A stretch of DNA of 64,000 bases from Amoebidium appalachense. Its lineage: Eukaryota > Protista > Ichthyosporea. Positions 24,330-52,109 of this stretch are shown here, in pieces (the first letter of the stretch is position 1; each line of letters opens with the position of its first letter). The position numbers were made by a program, and so were the translations under genes. The stretch lies in the NCBI GenBank assembly GCA_963693365.1, contig CAVNZM010000011.1:248001-312000 (forward strand). The letters run 5' to 3'. The notes beneath the pieces are model-generated. The model did not search any database. It worked only from the letters and a program-made list of their open reading frames with translations, and was not told the origin of the DNA.

Positions 24330-25039
24330 TTGGGGGAGCCCGGAGGGGGGATTTCGAGAAAACACAAAGAAAGGTTGTCAAGGGATATGCCAATGGGGAA
24401 AAAAAAAAAAAAAAAAAAAAAAGAAAGAAAGAAAGAAGTGTTAAACAATGGAAAATAATGGACCGTATGGATAGAATCACATGACAAACAGTCACTCGCC
24501 AGACCCCTCGGTGGACGTCCAAATCCAACAGTGGCATCTACAGGACGTTTAAGGAGACACCATACACTGCACCGCACACCTGCATGTCTGCTTTGGCAGG
24601 TGTGTGCGATGCTGGCAGGCCAAAGGACGGGCACCCACAGAGTAGGGCGGAGAGGAGAACAAACAAAAGGACCTGACGGACATGTGCAGCCATGACGTGG
24701 TGGTGTGGTGAATATGCGAAGTTGACTGGCAGTGTGGACGTGCCGACGCGAGAAAGTTTAAAGTGTACATGTGTTGCTGTTTTGGTAGCAACTCACATGG
24801 ATAGATAAACAACAGAACATGAGGGCAGGGTGGCCTTGAAGCCCAGCCACCTGTCACCGCCGGCAGTTACATGGCATGGCGCATGTCACCAGCATTAAAC
24901 GGAATCATTGATACTGGTCAAACAGGGGCCATTTTTTAGGTGTTTCAGATATCAACATGAAGTTGTTCGAGCTCTTGAGGCAGAGGTGATATTACGTTAG
25001 GGTGTTAGGGTTCTCCCTCCACAGTCTTCCAAACCAACA

Positions 25040-25081
<42 letters not shown>

Positions 25082-25471
25082 CCGATGGGGGAAGCCCATC
25101 CCATGCTTTGACCATCCCATTATAATTAGGATCTACAATGGAATGTAAACAAAAGGCAGTTCACCAATAGCAGCTTGTAAAAGTCTACGATCTTTTCATT
25201 TTGCGTAAATCTTTGGCCCCTTCCACCTGTTTGATTTCGCACCGGACGAGACTTGGCTTACAAAAACAAACAGGAGCAGCCTGCCAGGATGAGGACGAGT
25301 GTCGAGTGTGTGGGCCTGTCATTCACCGTCACTTGAAACTGTTAACGTTGGCTTGTACGTGGGCAAGCCGCTCACGGTGGCACACACACATACACAACAC
25401 ACGCACGCAAACCTTCGGCCTTTTGCCGAGCACACACACACACACACTAGCCAACCATATCGTCCTGGCCA

Positions 25472-25511
<40 letters not shown>

Positions 25512-26257
25512 AGCTGAGGCCTTTAGCCGAGGACACGTGCTTACACACACCTAGTAGGTAGCTTCTAGATGCATTTTACCCAGCCCGAGGACAACAGTGC
25601 ACCCACACACCATGCGCGGGACAGCAGTGTGGTCGACCTGAAGGTACACACGTGCAGCTGAAGGTGGGTGCTGCACGTGCTTGCTGTGTGCAGGCCTGCG
25701 TGCCTGTGGACCTCTATGTGTGTGTGTGCCTGTGCGTGCGTGTGAGCCTTTTTGCACGCATATATGTGCTTGTATGTGCTGCGTGCATGTAGGCCTGTGT
25801 GTGGGCCTACATCTGTGTAAACCTGTTTGCACGTGCAGGCTCTTGATGTGTGCATGTTCATGGGTGTGTTTCTCTGTGGCGGTGCGGATGTGTGTGCTTA
25901 CCTGTGTGTGTGTGTGTGTGTGCATGTGCGAGCAAATCCTATTCTGTGTGTGTGGACGCATGTGCGTGCTTCTGTGTAATGGCCCCGCAATCCTCCCCCC
26001 CCCCCCCCCCCCCCCCCAAACACACACACACACACACATCTGGCAAAACTGTTTGCTACTCCCTCCTCTGCCCCTCCCCCTCTCCCCCCAAGGCGGATTT
26101 CAGAGGAAGGTCTGGTTGCTTCATTTGCATCCCCCAGCATAAACACTGCCGCCTTCTGTTTCCCCTGCACATCGCTACCCACATTCTGTGCTTTCGTTAC
26201 ACATCCATATTCCCCCTCCACCCCCCTCTCCTCCCCCTTCTTCCCCTTACCTCCCCC

Positions 26258-26288
<31 letters not shown>

Positions 26289-26859
26289 CTCCGTCATGTG
26301 TGCACTTCTTCCTGGAAACAATCTAACCCCCCCACCCCCCCATCCCCCCCTTTGCCCACCACAACCACAGCCACGCTCATCCTCCCCTATAGCTGCACGA
26401 TTGAATGGCACGACGCTAAAGAAGACGAACTCACCGGTTCACCCGCACAAAACTGCACACTGATAACGCACAGGCACAAAAGACACTCGCCGAGATCTGC
26501 AGGCACGTACCTGTACATACGCACACACGTGCGCGCGCACACACATAAGGGAAAAAAATAAACAACCTTAAAGACACAGGGAGACCTTCTCCCTCTCTAA
26601 ATACACCCCTACTTACACATAGCCACCAGACTCACATCATTACCCGCTCCCCATTCTCGCACCCTCCCCCCCCCCTCCCCCCCTCCCCCCCCCCCCCCCC
26701 TCCCCCCCCTCCCACTCACCCATGCACCCCACCCACCAACCCACCTACTCAGCCCCTGCCACTCATCTCCCGCCTTCCCCCCCTCCCCCCCCCCCCCCCT
26801 GCCCCACACATACACCCACTCACCCACCCAACCCCACACCACCCACAAACAGTACCATC

Positions 26860-33716
<6,857 letters not shown>

Positions 33717-33788
<72 letters not shown>
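33717..33788. repeat. (AC)n microsatellite directly after the PPR stop codon; representative of dozens of (CA)/(TG) tracts in the window
   Basis: Uninterrupted AC run. Other large tracts at ~28277-28750, 35110-35790, 40670-41198, 51424-52107 and 53420-53577. Confidence 0.95.
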
Positions 33789-33790
<2 letters not shown>

Positions 33791-34738
33791 ACACACATCA
33801 TAGAAATGGCTATGCTTTCAAGTTCCCAAGTTGTTTTGCGAATGTTTTGTACTTTTGACACTGTACATAGACTTGTCCGGTTTTAGTGAATGTTTTTCTA
33901 GAATAGAGTATTAATATGTAATTATGGTCTGTAGTGTGCTGTTTCCTCTCTCTTGTGTAATCAAAGCAAGGCTTTTCTTCAAAATTGTAGATGAGCCTGC
34001 GTGCTCCTGACTCAATCATCGAGGTATGCAACGTCTGTTACATAGTATTCCCCCCCCCCCCCCCCCTCCCCCTCCCTCCCGGTAAGTTCACCGAAAACGT
34101 CATGCACATGCATGAAAACTATCATTGAGCCTGCACGTTGATGTTGACTCCATAACCATCCAGTGACAGATCTGAAAGGCTGCTCTGGGGGCCCTCGTTC
34201 TGGCAGTGCGAACATAGCATCGCTGGCCCGGCACGATGCATGCATGCGTACGCCTGGTTCATCCGGAGTTCCGGCAAGCACGCCACTTGTGGCTATGTGC
34301 ACATATGGTGCTGGCCATGCACGTAAGTTAGGACTCGTTAGGGATGTGTGTGTGTTCCCCTGCAACACCACCAAGTCTAGGCCTCTCGATCCCCGGCCGC
34401 AGCGCCGAACTCGACCGGTACATGGAGCACGCCACTCCACCACTGTTTGATGTAGAACGCTGCGCTCTAGGATCAGACCACCTCCCACCCAACCAGGCGG
34501 GCATTGTTTTTGTCTGTGTGGCGTGCCTGTCACCTACTGAGGTGACTCGTGTTTTTCCTTACACACACAGCGAACACTGGACTCTCGGGACCGTAGAGCC
34601 GCCGCGAGAGAAAGCATGCACGCGGTCGCGAGAAGTGTAAGGAAAAATAGAGTGTGAGTTTGGGTGTGAGGCGAACGGCAAGTTCAAAGCAGCCCAGGCA
34701 CCGTCAGTACGTGCCAGGTGGCGTGCGGCCGCGGAGCT

Positions 34739-41349
<6,611 letters not shown>

Positions 41350-41769
41350 CGCGTGCACATGACCACGTGCACACCACCACGTGCACACATGAAGAAGCGT
41401 GCCAGCACGACGCACACACCCACCATGTACGTAGGCACACGCCGGCACATATAGTGCATAGGCACACGTGCACAGACACATCTACAGCGCATGCACGTGC
41501 ACAACTTGTGGAAATGCACAGCGCCACACACCTTCCGTGCAGCTTCGTGCCCTGCATGTGTGTGTGTATGTTTGTGGTGTTGAATGAATAGGCCGGTGAG
41601 CTTGGACATCTGTGCATGTGAGTGCTTGGAATGAATGTATGGATGTGTGTGTGTGCGTTGGGATCAATTCTGGATCTGCAACCCCATGCACCATTATGGG
41701 TGATCGCTGCTGCGAAGCAAATGGGGTAATACCCAACAGGATATGGCCAACCAAGTGGAACACAGTGTT

Positions 41770-42252
41770 CTACCATGCACATGGCATGGCCATTCGGTCA
41801 TGCACTTGCACTTTTACACCCTCTGTGGCCTCAAGTATGTAAGTTCTGTAATTATAATGAAGCCAAGGAAAAGGGTTTACTAATAGGGTTGCCCTAATTT
41901 GATTATTTAGAGGGTCAAAAGGCGACCGTGTGTGTCCTGCACACCACCGCCACCAGTCGAATGATTCAACAATAAAACGTTGCCATGAAGTGTTCACCTG
42001 TAACATGTGTTTGATTGGCTGTGGAACTGCGTGACGTGGGGCCCATCTCCGCACATCATATCCGATTCAATAGCCCCCCCCCCCCCCCCCCTCCCCCCCC
42101 CCCCCCAAAAAAAAAAACAACAAAAAAAAAAAAACATCGACACACACCCCACACACCCCCACAGCCCCACATATTCAAGCAGGGTAGGCATATCTTCCTG
42201 CCTGCGTAAGGAACTTCACATCCACATGCATCTGCAGAGGTGAAGTGCCATG

Positions 42253-42287
<35 letters not shown>

Positions 42288-42850
42288 CTGTTTGCGTATT
42301 TAGAGGCATGCGCACTTACATACATGCATGTGTGTAAGTGTGGCTGGGGCATTGCCCGTGTGAACCAATCACATGGCACCAAAAAGACCCACCGCACAGC
42401 CTGGTACATGTTTATGGCGCTTGAGTTCATGTGCCGGTGACCAGCACACGGCCGACCTATTTATAGACGTATAATTGCACCCTATCTGCTGTACCTTTAA
42501 GCCACCATGATGGTGGTGCTGGCTGAGGCATGGGTATGTACATGTAGGCCATAACCCCCCAAGTTAAAAAGGTAAGAAAGAAAGGCAAAAGCGGGAAAAA
42601 AAGAAGAAAAAAAGAAGGAAAAGAAAAAGAAGACAGCTCACCGACTGAGGCTCCCTCCCCTCTAGGCTCCCCTTTCAGATTGTCGCTTCATGGTGGCTGT
42701 GATTGGCTTTCGGTCATGCTCGGTATTTGTAATTGGCTCCCGGTCATGCTCGGTATTTGTGGTTGGCTGCAGGTCATGATGGCCGCTGAGACAGGCCAAT
42801 CTTGTCCCTCAGCATTTGCTGTGTGTGTGTGTGTGTGTACATGTGTGTGT

Positions 42851-42896
<46 letters not shown>

Positions 42897-43600
42897 TAGC
42901 TGTCAGATAACGTGCACTATGAAAAGATGAATGTCAGCATGTGGGCAGGTGGGATGGCGATTGCATGTAGAAGGGAAGGGGTGCATTTTGTGTTGAAATG
43001 ATGTCTAGGGAGGGTGTGCTAGAGTGCAGATGGGGTGGAGGGGAATAGCGGGTGGTGGCACCAAGTAGTAATTCCCTCCCTTCTTTCCTACCAAAAAACC
43101 CCCCTCCCCCCTCCCCCCCCTTCTCTCCTTTCCTTTTCTTCCCTTTTTTTTGGGGGGGTTCTTTTCTTCTTTTTTTTTTGGGATGTGGAAACAAAGGAAA
43201 GCGGTAATGTGGCTGCCCACATGCTTGTGTAAGTGGTAGTAAGGCACGTGTGCGAGTCCCTCCACTCTCCCCTCTCTGTCCCTCCATCCCCCCCGTCCCC
43301 TTCCCCCGGGCACACCCCCTTTCTATCTCTGCTGTGTTTTCTTTCTTTCCTTCCTTTCTTCTTTCTTTCTTTCTTTCCTTCTTCTTTTTTTTTTTTTGGG
43401 GGGGGGGGGGGGGAGGGGGGGGGGGGGGGTAAGGTGTGTGTAAGAGAATAGGTGAATAGGTTGGTGTTTATATGCGTGTGAGTGTTGTTCTCTGAGTGGG
43501 CGTGGCTGTAAGTGTGTTTATATGCCTTCAAATGCTTTTGCCTTCGAACACAAAGGAAGGGAAAAGTGCTCTGGTAGCTGCTCCCAGGTAAAGAGTAAGT

Positions 43601-43640
<40 letters not shown>

Positions 43641-43868
43641 GCACGGGGGGGAAGGGGGGGGGGGGGGGGGGGGGGGGAGGGGGGGGATACACACCCTGTG
43701 TGCATGAAGCCCGTGACCAATTCGTTTGGTGTCGTTGTCCGGAGTATTAGGAATTAGATATCAACAGAGCGAGTGCATGTGCGTGCCAGGGCATGGTATG
43801 GTGACGATGTGAAGGGAGGTCAGGAGAGGTTGAGAGGTGATTGTAGCACCTATAGAAGGTATGTGTTC

Positions 43869-43908
<40 letters not shown>

Positions 43909-44096
43909 CCTATGTGTGTGTGCCTATGTGTGTGTTTATGTGCACGTTGTCGCACACAGTACGTGGGTGTTGGTACTTGCACTCAATACTCCAACTAAAC
44001 AAGAGACAGGTAAACCGGGTGCAAGTTCGATTTTTCTTCCTTGTTTTAATTTTTTTTTCTGTGTGTATGTGTGTATGTCTGTGTTGTGTGTGTGTG

Positions 44097-44144
<48 letters not shown>

Positions 44145-44391
44145 AGGTCAACAGAGGAAGGCAGGCAGGCACATTTAACAAAACCGGAAGAGGTGAGCCA
44201 TTATTCAAAAAGGGAGAGAGGAGAGAAGACCGAGAGAGTGAGGGCATGGTGGTGTTGGTTTGTGTGCGTGCTGGCGGCTGTTGGAGAGCGGGGGGTGGGA
44301 AGAAGGGGTCCGGGGGGAGGGGGGGGGGGGGGAAGAGCGGACGTGCCTGTGTGTGCCACGTAATTGTGTGCATTGTATGTGTTGTGTGTCT

Positions 44392-44422
<31 letters not shown>

Positions 44423-44788
44423 GGGGGGACACCACTGCCAAATCTTTCAATACCCCCCCCCCCCTCCCCCCCACAAACACACGCACCAGCCCCCTATCAT
44501 TCACGCAATCATCCCGCCTGTTCGCGCACCACCCACCCATCCACTCTTTAGCTCCCCTCCCCCCCCCCCCCCCCCCTCCTCCTCCTCCGTCCCCCCCCCC
44601 CCCTCCCCCCCCCTCTCCCCCCCCCCCCCAAAAAAAAAAAAGACATGCACACACGCGCGCACACACCTGTTGGCCACCCCTCTGTCTCCCAGCAGCTGGT
44701 ACGCTATGAACACGTTGACTGCGGCTGCACAGAACACCCACGCCGCCAACACCGGCAACCGCCCAAACGGCCCACCCTCCCCAGACAT
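41770..44788 (-). CDS. Tentative spliced gene for an N-terminally anchored (type II) membrane protein
   Basis: Exon 44803-44667 has a clean acceptor and donor, with ATG 44788 giving MSGEGGPFGRLPVLAAWVFCAAAVNVFIAYQLLG (one TM helix). Exon-like blocks follow at ~42785-42642 (30-bp x3 repeat), ~42230-42157 and ~42027-41770. Downstream joins are ambiguous. Confidence 0.35.
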
Positions 44789-44849
44789 GGTGCAACCTTC
44801 GAACTGTGGGGGTAGAGTTGATGTATGTGTATGCTATGCTACGAAACAC

Positions 44850-47302
44850 CCTATATATATGCGCCTATTAGAATCTGCACAAGCCAGGCCAGATTCACAT
44901 CTCGTACTAGATACATGCACTAACTTTATTGTTGATGATTTGATAGATCTCGGTGATTATGCTGGCGGTGGTAGGAAGGAATACCCCGATGCTCTCTTGT
45001 TACCAAACACCACTCCCGCTAGACTAGGTGAACCCCTGTCTCAAAAGGAAAGCTTGCGCCGGCTTGCTAGTATGAATCGATTTGGCCCCCCTGCTCGTAT
45101 TATTGGTGATACCACTGGAGACCCCCTCATAGACTCTGATAAGTATTTCTCGGAACTGTTTAAAGATAGGACCCCCGCTCAGAAACCTATTGTGTGGCCT
45201 GTAGACCCATCTATCCCCATAGAATCGATCCTCCCCTTTTTCAGTCCCGATGCCATATGGTCTGTGATATCTAGTTATAGCTCTAGTAAGTCTTGTGGAC
45301 CTGATGGACTCCCTGCTGGGTTTCTTAAAATCCTTGTTCCCTCCTACCCACAAAAGGAAAGTGATCGTGCTATTAAACCTGATCTTACTATCATGTTAAG
45401 CTCTCTCTTTTCTTGGTGTGTTAAATGTGGACATGTCCCGTCATCTTGGTTAGATACCTTAGTGATCCCCATAGTTAAGAAGGACTCTGAGGGCCCCATA
45501 TCATCCTTTCGCCCCATTACACTAACCCAGGTTGTTCGTAGATTCTTTGAAGCTTGCTTACTTAGGTTATTTGCACATCACCCTAGGTTTCAATCTATTC
45601 TTCACATACACCCATGCCAATCCGCTTTTCGTAAAAACAATTCATGTTATGTTCAAATAATGGCACTGCACGATTCTATGCAAGTTGGTGCACAATATGT
45701 TGGCTTTATTGATTGGAAAACTGCTTACGATTCTGTCTCCCCTGGTCTCCTATGGGAAAAGCTTGCTGCACGGGGTGTACCACACTGCATTGGTGTTCTG
45801 TTAGAAGCACTCTTGTCTCAAACCTATGGTAGAGCTGTGGTTAATGGGCATCTTTCATATGGTTTTGCTCGTACTAGAGGTCTCTTGCAGGGTTCATTGC
45901 TTAGCCCCTTTTTGTTTAACCTATTTATAGATGATTTGGCTGTCAAGATTTACGCCGAAAACGATGACCCTATTAATAACTTTCCGCCTGCACTTCTCTA
46001 TGCTGATGATCTGTCCCTCCTTGCCCGTACCCCTAGACGCCTGCAAAGATTGTTCGATGTAGTGTCAGAGTGGTGCAAGGCAAACCTTATGATCCTTAAC
46101 ATAGACAAATGTGGTGTTCTTGTACCTGATATAGCTAACAATTTACACACATTTACATTATCATCTAAACCTGTACCTATAGTTCCAGAATACAAATATC
46201 TTGGTGTTCCGGTTGATTCTGTTGGTGTTATGTTTCCCCATATGGTCGAAAAGAGGGTAGAGTTGGCTCGTAAGCGGTTAGCTTTCTTCTCGGCTAATAT
46301 TTTTAAAGACACACCCCTCCATCCTTCTATTAGACTTACATTTATTCGCACTTTTGTCTTCCCGGCATATGAATATGGTTTACCCCTTCTCGCCGCTTGG
46401 ATCAAGAAAGAGAGAACTAGAGCGCTTAAACCCTTGGCAAATTTCCTTGAAGCAGAAGTTGCCTCCTTTCTATCTAACAACTGTTGTAAACCTGGGCCTG
46501 TAACGCTCTCGATATATGGTCTGGTCCCAATAGCTGCTAGAGTATCCTATCTCGCGCTGAAATTCAATAAGCACATAAGCCGCTTAAAGAAGTATTTGCC
46601 CTCCCACCCTCTCTTCTCTATCCGACCTGTCCCCTCCTCACCTCTCCCCTCTTTCCTCCCCTCTCTCTCCCCTTCTCCCCTGGGCACAAATACAAATAAA
46701 CCCCGCAATAGTGTGTGTGTGACTTTGGACTGCCACTTACTTATTAAACATGTACACAATCACAAGATAATCACGCAATATAACAAATGGAAAAAGATAC
46801 CACACGACACTAGACCCGATGAAAGCATACACCTTGAAAAACTAAGCCTTATGTCTCGTTTTATATATACTGACCGCCTCAACCATATTGCCAAATATGG
46901 CACTCGCAAGTGTATAACACCTAAATACATATTACCTTCCTGTAGAACTGGTCTTTCTCTAGCTGATGGTATTATTGATCAATTACCACGCTTTTACTGT
47001 ACACGTGCTATACAGTGGAGATCTAATAAGTATAAGGTGGCATCATTTGCATGCCCAAACAACACACACACACACCAGTTTAACCGGTCATGTATCGCCA
47101 AATGTAGTTTGATAGACCACATAATACCGCAACACACACACGTCACATTCACAACAGACACCCAGAAAGATAGCCTACCTGTAAATTACAACATCCTTGA
47201 TTTTATACTAAACACGCGTAACTACGACCTGTTTATTAGATGTATTGATTGGCTTGAGAAACACATCACTACAAAATTATAGCGCACGCGCACACACACA
47301 CA

Positions 47303-47365
<63 letters not shown>

Positions 47366-47397
47366 CCAGCTGATACCGAGTGTCCCGAGGGGAGCCC

Positions 47398-47437
<40 letters not shown>
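44850..47437 (+). mobile_element. Non-LTR retrotransposon (LINE), 5'-truncated, intact RT ORF, poly(A) tail
   Basis: Open frame 44859-47282 (~807 aa) with SCGPDG, FRPITL, QSAFR, FIDWKTAYDSV, GLLQGSLLSPFLFNLFIDDL, YADD and YKYLG, plus a Cys-containing C-terminal motif. AT-rich composition; A36 tail at 47402-47437. No endonuclease domain or TSD recognised. Confidence 0.92.
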
Positions 47438-47438
<1 letters not shown>

Positions 47439-48442
47439 GGGGAACCCCAACTAATTGATTTCTCCTTGTAGTCTTTATGGTGTCTCGTAGAGAAAGTAAA
47501 CCCTGATATATAGTCACCACCCGACATCTATGTACGTGATCATGATATACCGCTGAGGGGATATTCCGAGCAAACCCCCCCCCCCTACCTGAGACTGGTT
47601 CTCTTTGCCTCGAGTAAACAGCGTAAACCCCGAGTTCGTATCACCCTGTTGGTGGTGCAAACATGTACTGTGCCACAGCAGGATAGTCTAAAACTGCAGA
47701 CCATAGCCACCAACATATGAATGAGATTCCTATTGAGGTAAGCGTAGTTGAGGTCGGCTGTGACGTCAGAATTGGAAATACCAATGATTACGTAACCAAG
47801 TACCGAACCTCAGTGGGGACTTGGAATTCGACTCCGTAATTAGTAAAGGGAGGGGAACAAAGGGGGGGATTTATGTGTTGCCGGCCGCAGCACGGTACTC
47901 AGCTAATATATATGCTTATCCCTTAAAAATTTAGCCTAATTTGGGTGGCAGGGAGGAAAAGGGGGGGGCCCCTGAGGGAGGGAGGGAGGGAGGGGGGGGG
48001 GCCGGGGGGGGGGGGGGGGGAGGGGGGAGGTCACGTGCTCGTGTGTGCCGTGCATATGTATACACACGGTGTGTGTGGCTGTGTATGCGTACAGTGTATG
48101 CATGCATATGTGGAGAGAGAAGGGTTGTGTGGTTAGCTAACCCCGCACTTGCACATGGACGTGCCCCGCCCAGAGCTGGGCCCGGGTGAACCAACGACGG
48201 GCACAAACACACCCACAATTGCAAAGCGGGCACACACCCTTAACATAGCAGTACACTTGCTCGGCAGTTTTGTTTGACACGTTTTTGAGGCTAGGCCATC
48301 ACTTTATGGTACGTTAGCCCGTGTGTTACACCATGTACAGCTACTATGTTAGTTATTGTTACACCTATTTTCGAATATACTGATAAGTAATAAAAAAGTG
48401 GGCTGCTTTCATTGGCTGATTTTAAATAAGCAGCCTAATTGG

Positions 48443-48532
48443 TTAGTTTAAAGCATGGAAGGCAGTACAGTCCTTCAGATTCGCTAGCAAACCATCGTGG
48501 TTAGTGCTAGTGTGCACTGGTGTTACGGTGTC

Positions 48533-48584
<52 letters not shown>

Positions 48585-49992
48585 ACGCACACATGTGTGT
48601 ATGAGCGAGTGTGCATATGACTGTGTGCGTGTATGCGTATGTGCGCGTACTGGTGTGTATACATGAGCCACCATACCACCATCAACTACAGTTACTACAC
48701 AAGCGGATCCAGCTACGGTCTTCACCCCTCAACCTTCTTTCGTATCAGAGCCAAACATGAAAAAAATACATCCTAGAGCCTACCACAAATACATATTAAA
48801 CATACCGTCAGATTATTTAGGTTGAATCCACCACCAATTCCACCGAGACTGAATATTCGCTAGGCTCACCCGACACTTACCATGTCTACCAACACATTCC
48901 TGTTCTTGCAACACACACCCCCTCCCCCCCCCCCCCCCTCCCCCCTCCCCCCGGCTCCTCCCCCGTGCCCCCGTCCTACCCCCCCCCCCCCCCCCCCCCC
49001 CCCTCCACCTACCCACTAACCCCTGTCCGCCACACGTGCACACGTCAGACACATCTTCACTCCCCCCCCACCCTCACCCTAGCCCCTGTGCCCGTAACCT
49101 CATCAAACGACGGCAGCCCATTTCCCAGCGGGGATGCCGGTCTCCCTAGACCCAGGCGGGAATTTGGCACACACAGGTTGTTCTCGCTGGGGGTGGGGTC
49201 CAAACTCGGTGGACCCCCCCGATGCCTTCCCAATTCCATGGCTGAGCCCCACGCCGACAGTGGCGAGCGTTGCCTGGACGACCCTACCACGGGGAAAGAT
49301 GATTGGTCGAGGGTCGGCGAGGAATTTGTCATGGGAAGTTCGCCTGATTTGGAAATCAGGCCCTTTTCCTTTTTGAGTGCCTGCAGTGTGTTGAAGCTGC
49401 CTCTCATTGGTGCGTTTCGAACTAATGGGCGTGCACGTGCTCTGAATGAGCCATTGAAAGAGGCCCTGCGGTTGAGAGCCTGGTTCTCAGCCATTGAAGA
49501 TACTAGATCGGGCACCTGCACAAAGATGGAATCTTCCGAGTCCTTCCTTAGTGACGTGTATGACGACACAGACAGGTTGCGGTGTAGCTCGTACTCGGGG
49601 GGATCTTCCAGAAGGGGAAAGACGATCATGTTCTCCTCCACGTGGTGCTCGTTGATGCCCACCTTTGGAATCTCATCTCGTGAGTTCTCAAGGGAGAATG
49701 GAATGGAGAGCTTGAAGTCCGACGTGCCTACGGCCGTGCATTTGATGCGCACACAGTATTGCACTGGGGTGGGGAGGGTTGGTGAGATAAAGGGAGCAGG
49801 GGCCGAGGTGGGGGGGGGGGGGGGGGGGGGGGGGGGGAGAGAGAGGAGAGAGTGAGAGAGAGAGAGAGAGGATTCAGGCGTTGGGGTTAAGCATGCGGGA
49901 TAATGATAGGGAACGTGTGTAGATCTATGGTGTTTATATTCTTTCATCGTCTTCTTGTGAGGAGGAAGCAGGAGGCGGAGGGGAGGGAGGGT

Positions 49993-50036
<44 letters not shown>

Positions 50037-50373
50037 GGATGGCTGAGTCCCTGCTTGGTGTGTGTATATGTGTGAGCACAGCAGCCGTACTATTTGTGTT
50101 GTATGCCTGTGCTTTGTTCGTGTGTGTGTGTGTACGCGCACGTGGGGGAGGGGGGGGAGAGGCAGGGGAGGAGGGGGTGAGAGGAGAGGGGGGGAGGAGG
50201 GCTTCTGTATGTGCCTGTCTGCTTGTGTCTATCTGTCTCTATGTATATGTGTCAGTTTATGTGCTGTATGCACGTGTGTCTGGGTGTCTGTGCGTGTTTC
50301 TGCATGCGTCTGTCTGCATGTGCTTGTATTTCTCAGTGTTTTTGTGTGCCTGTGTGTATGTGTGTGTGCCCAT

Positions 50374-50405
<32 letters not shown>

Positions 50406-50763
50406 ATGCGCATGCGCCCGAAAGAGAGAGAGTGTGTGCGTAGGTGTGTGCATGTGCATGTGCATGCTTATAAACGCGTGTGCAAATATGAGTATGAGTT
50501 CACCCACCTGACATAGTGATGCCCTTCTCAGTGTATGGCACATGGAGTGTGGGGACTAGTGCCACCGTCTTGGTACCCTCCAGATACACACACTGGTGCG
50601 CCATTTTAGGCTGTTCTGGTATCTGTGGCAACATCATAAAGCTCTTTTCCATCACCGTGCCCCCCTCCCCCCCGTGCAGCTCCGCATACTGCCACGTACG
50701 TGCGTCGTGCTTGCACGTGTCTAGCTCGTGCTCGTTGATGAAAAGGTCGTTTTTCTGTGTGTG

Positions 50764-50828
<65 letters not shown>

Positions 50829-51423
50829 TGTGTATGTATGTGTATGTGTGTGTGTTTCTGTGTAAACGCGAATGTGGGTGTGTGGGGATGTTGGTTTGTT
50901 TTGTACGTGAGTTGAGGAGAAAAGAGGATGTTAGATTATTTAAGAATCCCGCAAATGCCCTGCAGGCACGCCTTCACCTGACCAACACACAAGGATTATG
51001 CACCAAGCGTTCTGTGTTGGTGCTGTTGTCGGCCAACACTAATGCTACACGTGAAGGTGTGTGCCCATGGGGACCAGCGTTGTGTGTGTGTGTGCGTGTG
51101 TGTGTGTGTGTGTGTAGCTTGCAGCATGTGTGTGCAACCACCAGATGAGTGTGTATTTACCGTGTTCTTCACGTGCGTTTTTTGTTGTGTAGCTTGTGTG
51201 TGTGCACATGTGCCTGGGTACATGCATGCATGCATGGGTCTGTGTGCATGTGTTTGTGTGCATGTGTTTGTGTGCACGTACGTGCGTGTGCATGAGGGCC
51301 CGTGAATGTGTGCGTGTAGGGATGTGTGTGCGGGCGCGCATGCCCGTGTGTGTAGGTGTGCGTGTGTGCACGTATTTGCGCTCTCGCATGCCCAAATGTG
51401 TGTGTGTATGTGCGTGCGTGCGT

Positions 51424-51501
<78 letters not shown>

Positions 51502-51786
51502 CGCGCGCGCGCATGCGCACGCATGTGCACGTGGTTTTGGCACGGGCACTGGGTAGCTCTGCTTTCCTCCAGCCCATTCCGGGTGTTCCAAACATGTGGT
51601 TACGGGCAACACACTCGAACAACTCTATCGTTTCGATAAGAAGCCAGTGTTTCCGTAACCTCTTCTTCCAAGCCATATTCCTCCCTACTCCTCCTCCCCC
51701 ACCGCCGTCCCACCCTCCCCCTTTCCCGCCCAGCCCCCCATCCATATCTCCCCCTCCCCCTCCCCCCCCCCCCCCCCTTCCCCCGG

Positions 51787-51852
<66 letters not shown>

Positions 51853-52015
51853 ACCATCCACATACACACACAGACACAGACACAGACACACACACACACA
51901 CACAAACACCCACCCACCCACCCACCCACACCCACACCCACACCCACACAAACACCCACCCAACCGAACCACACACACACACCCACACCCACACCCATAC
52001 ACACCCACACACACA

Positions 52016-52109
<94 letters not shown>

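Noticed and set aside
24997-25010. Two TTAGGG units as an interstitial telomere
   Set aside because: Too short; expected by chance.
34012-34533. 173-aa minus-strand ORF between the PPR gene and the next gene
   Set aside because: No recognisable motif, non-ATG start, and it runs into a G-run.
44364-44858. N-terminal 165 aa of the 972-aa RT ORF
   Set aside because: Chance read-through across host poly-C tracts and an antisense host exon; composition changes near 44850.
46592-46711. In-frame 120-nt GT...AG pyrimidine-rich segment inside the LINE ORF as an intron
   Set aside because: The frame is open through it and it contains LPSHPL, a motif usual at this position of LINE ORF2; the donor is weak.
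47749-47811. Imperfect hairpin (tgaggtcgg/ccgaacctca, acgt/acgt, attgg/ccaat)
   Set aside because: Short interrupted helices with no strand bias; not distinguishable from chance by eye.
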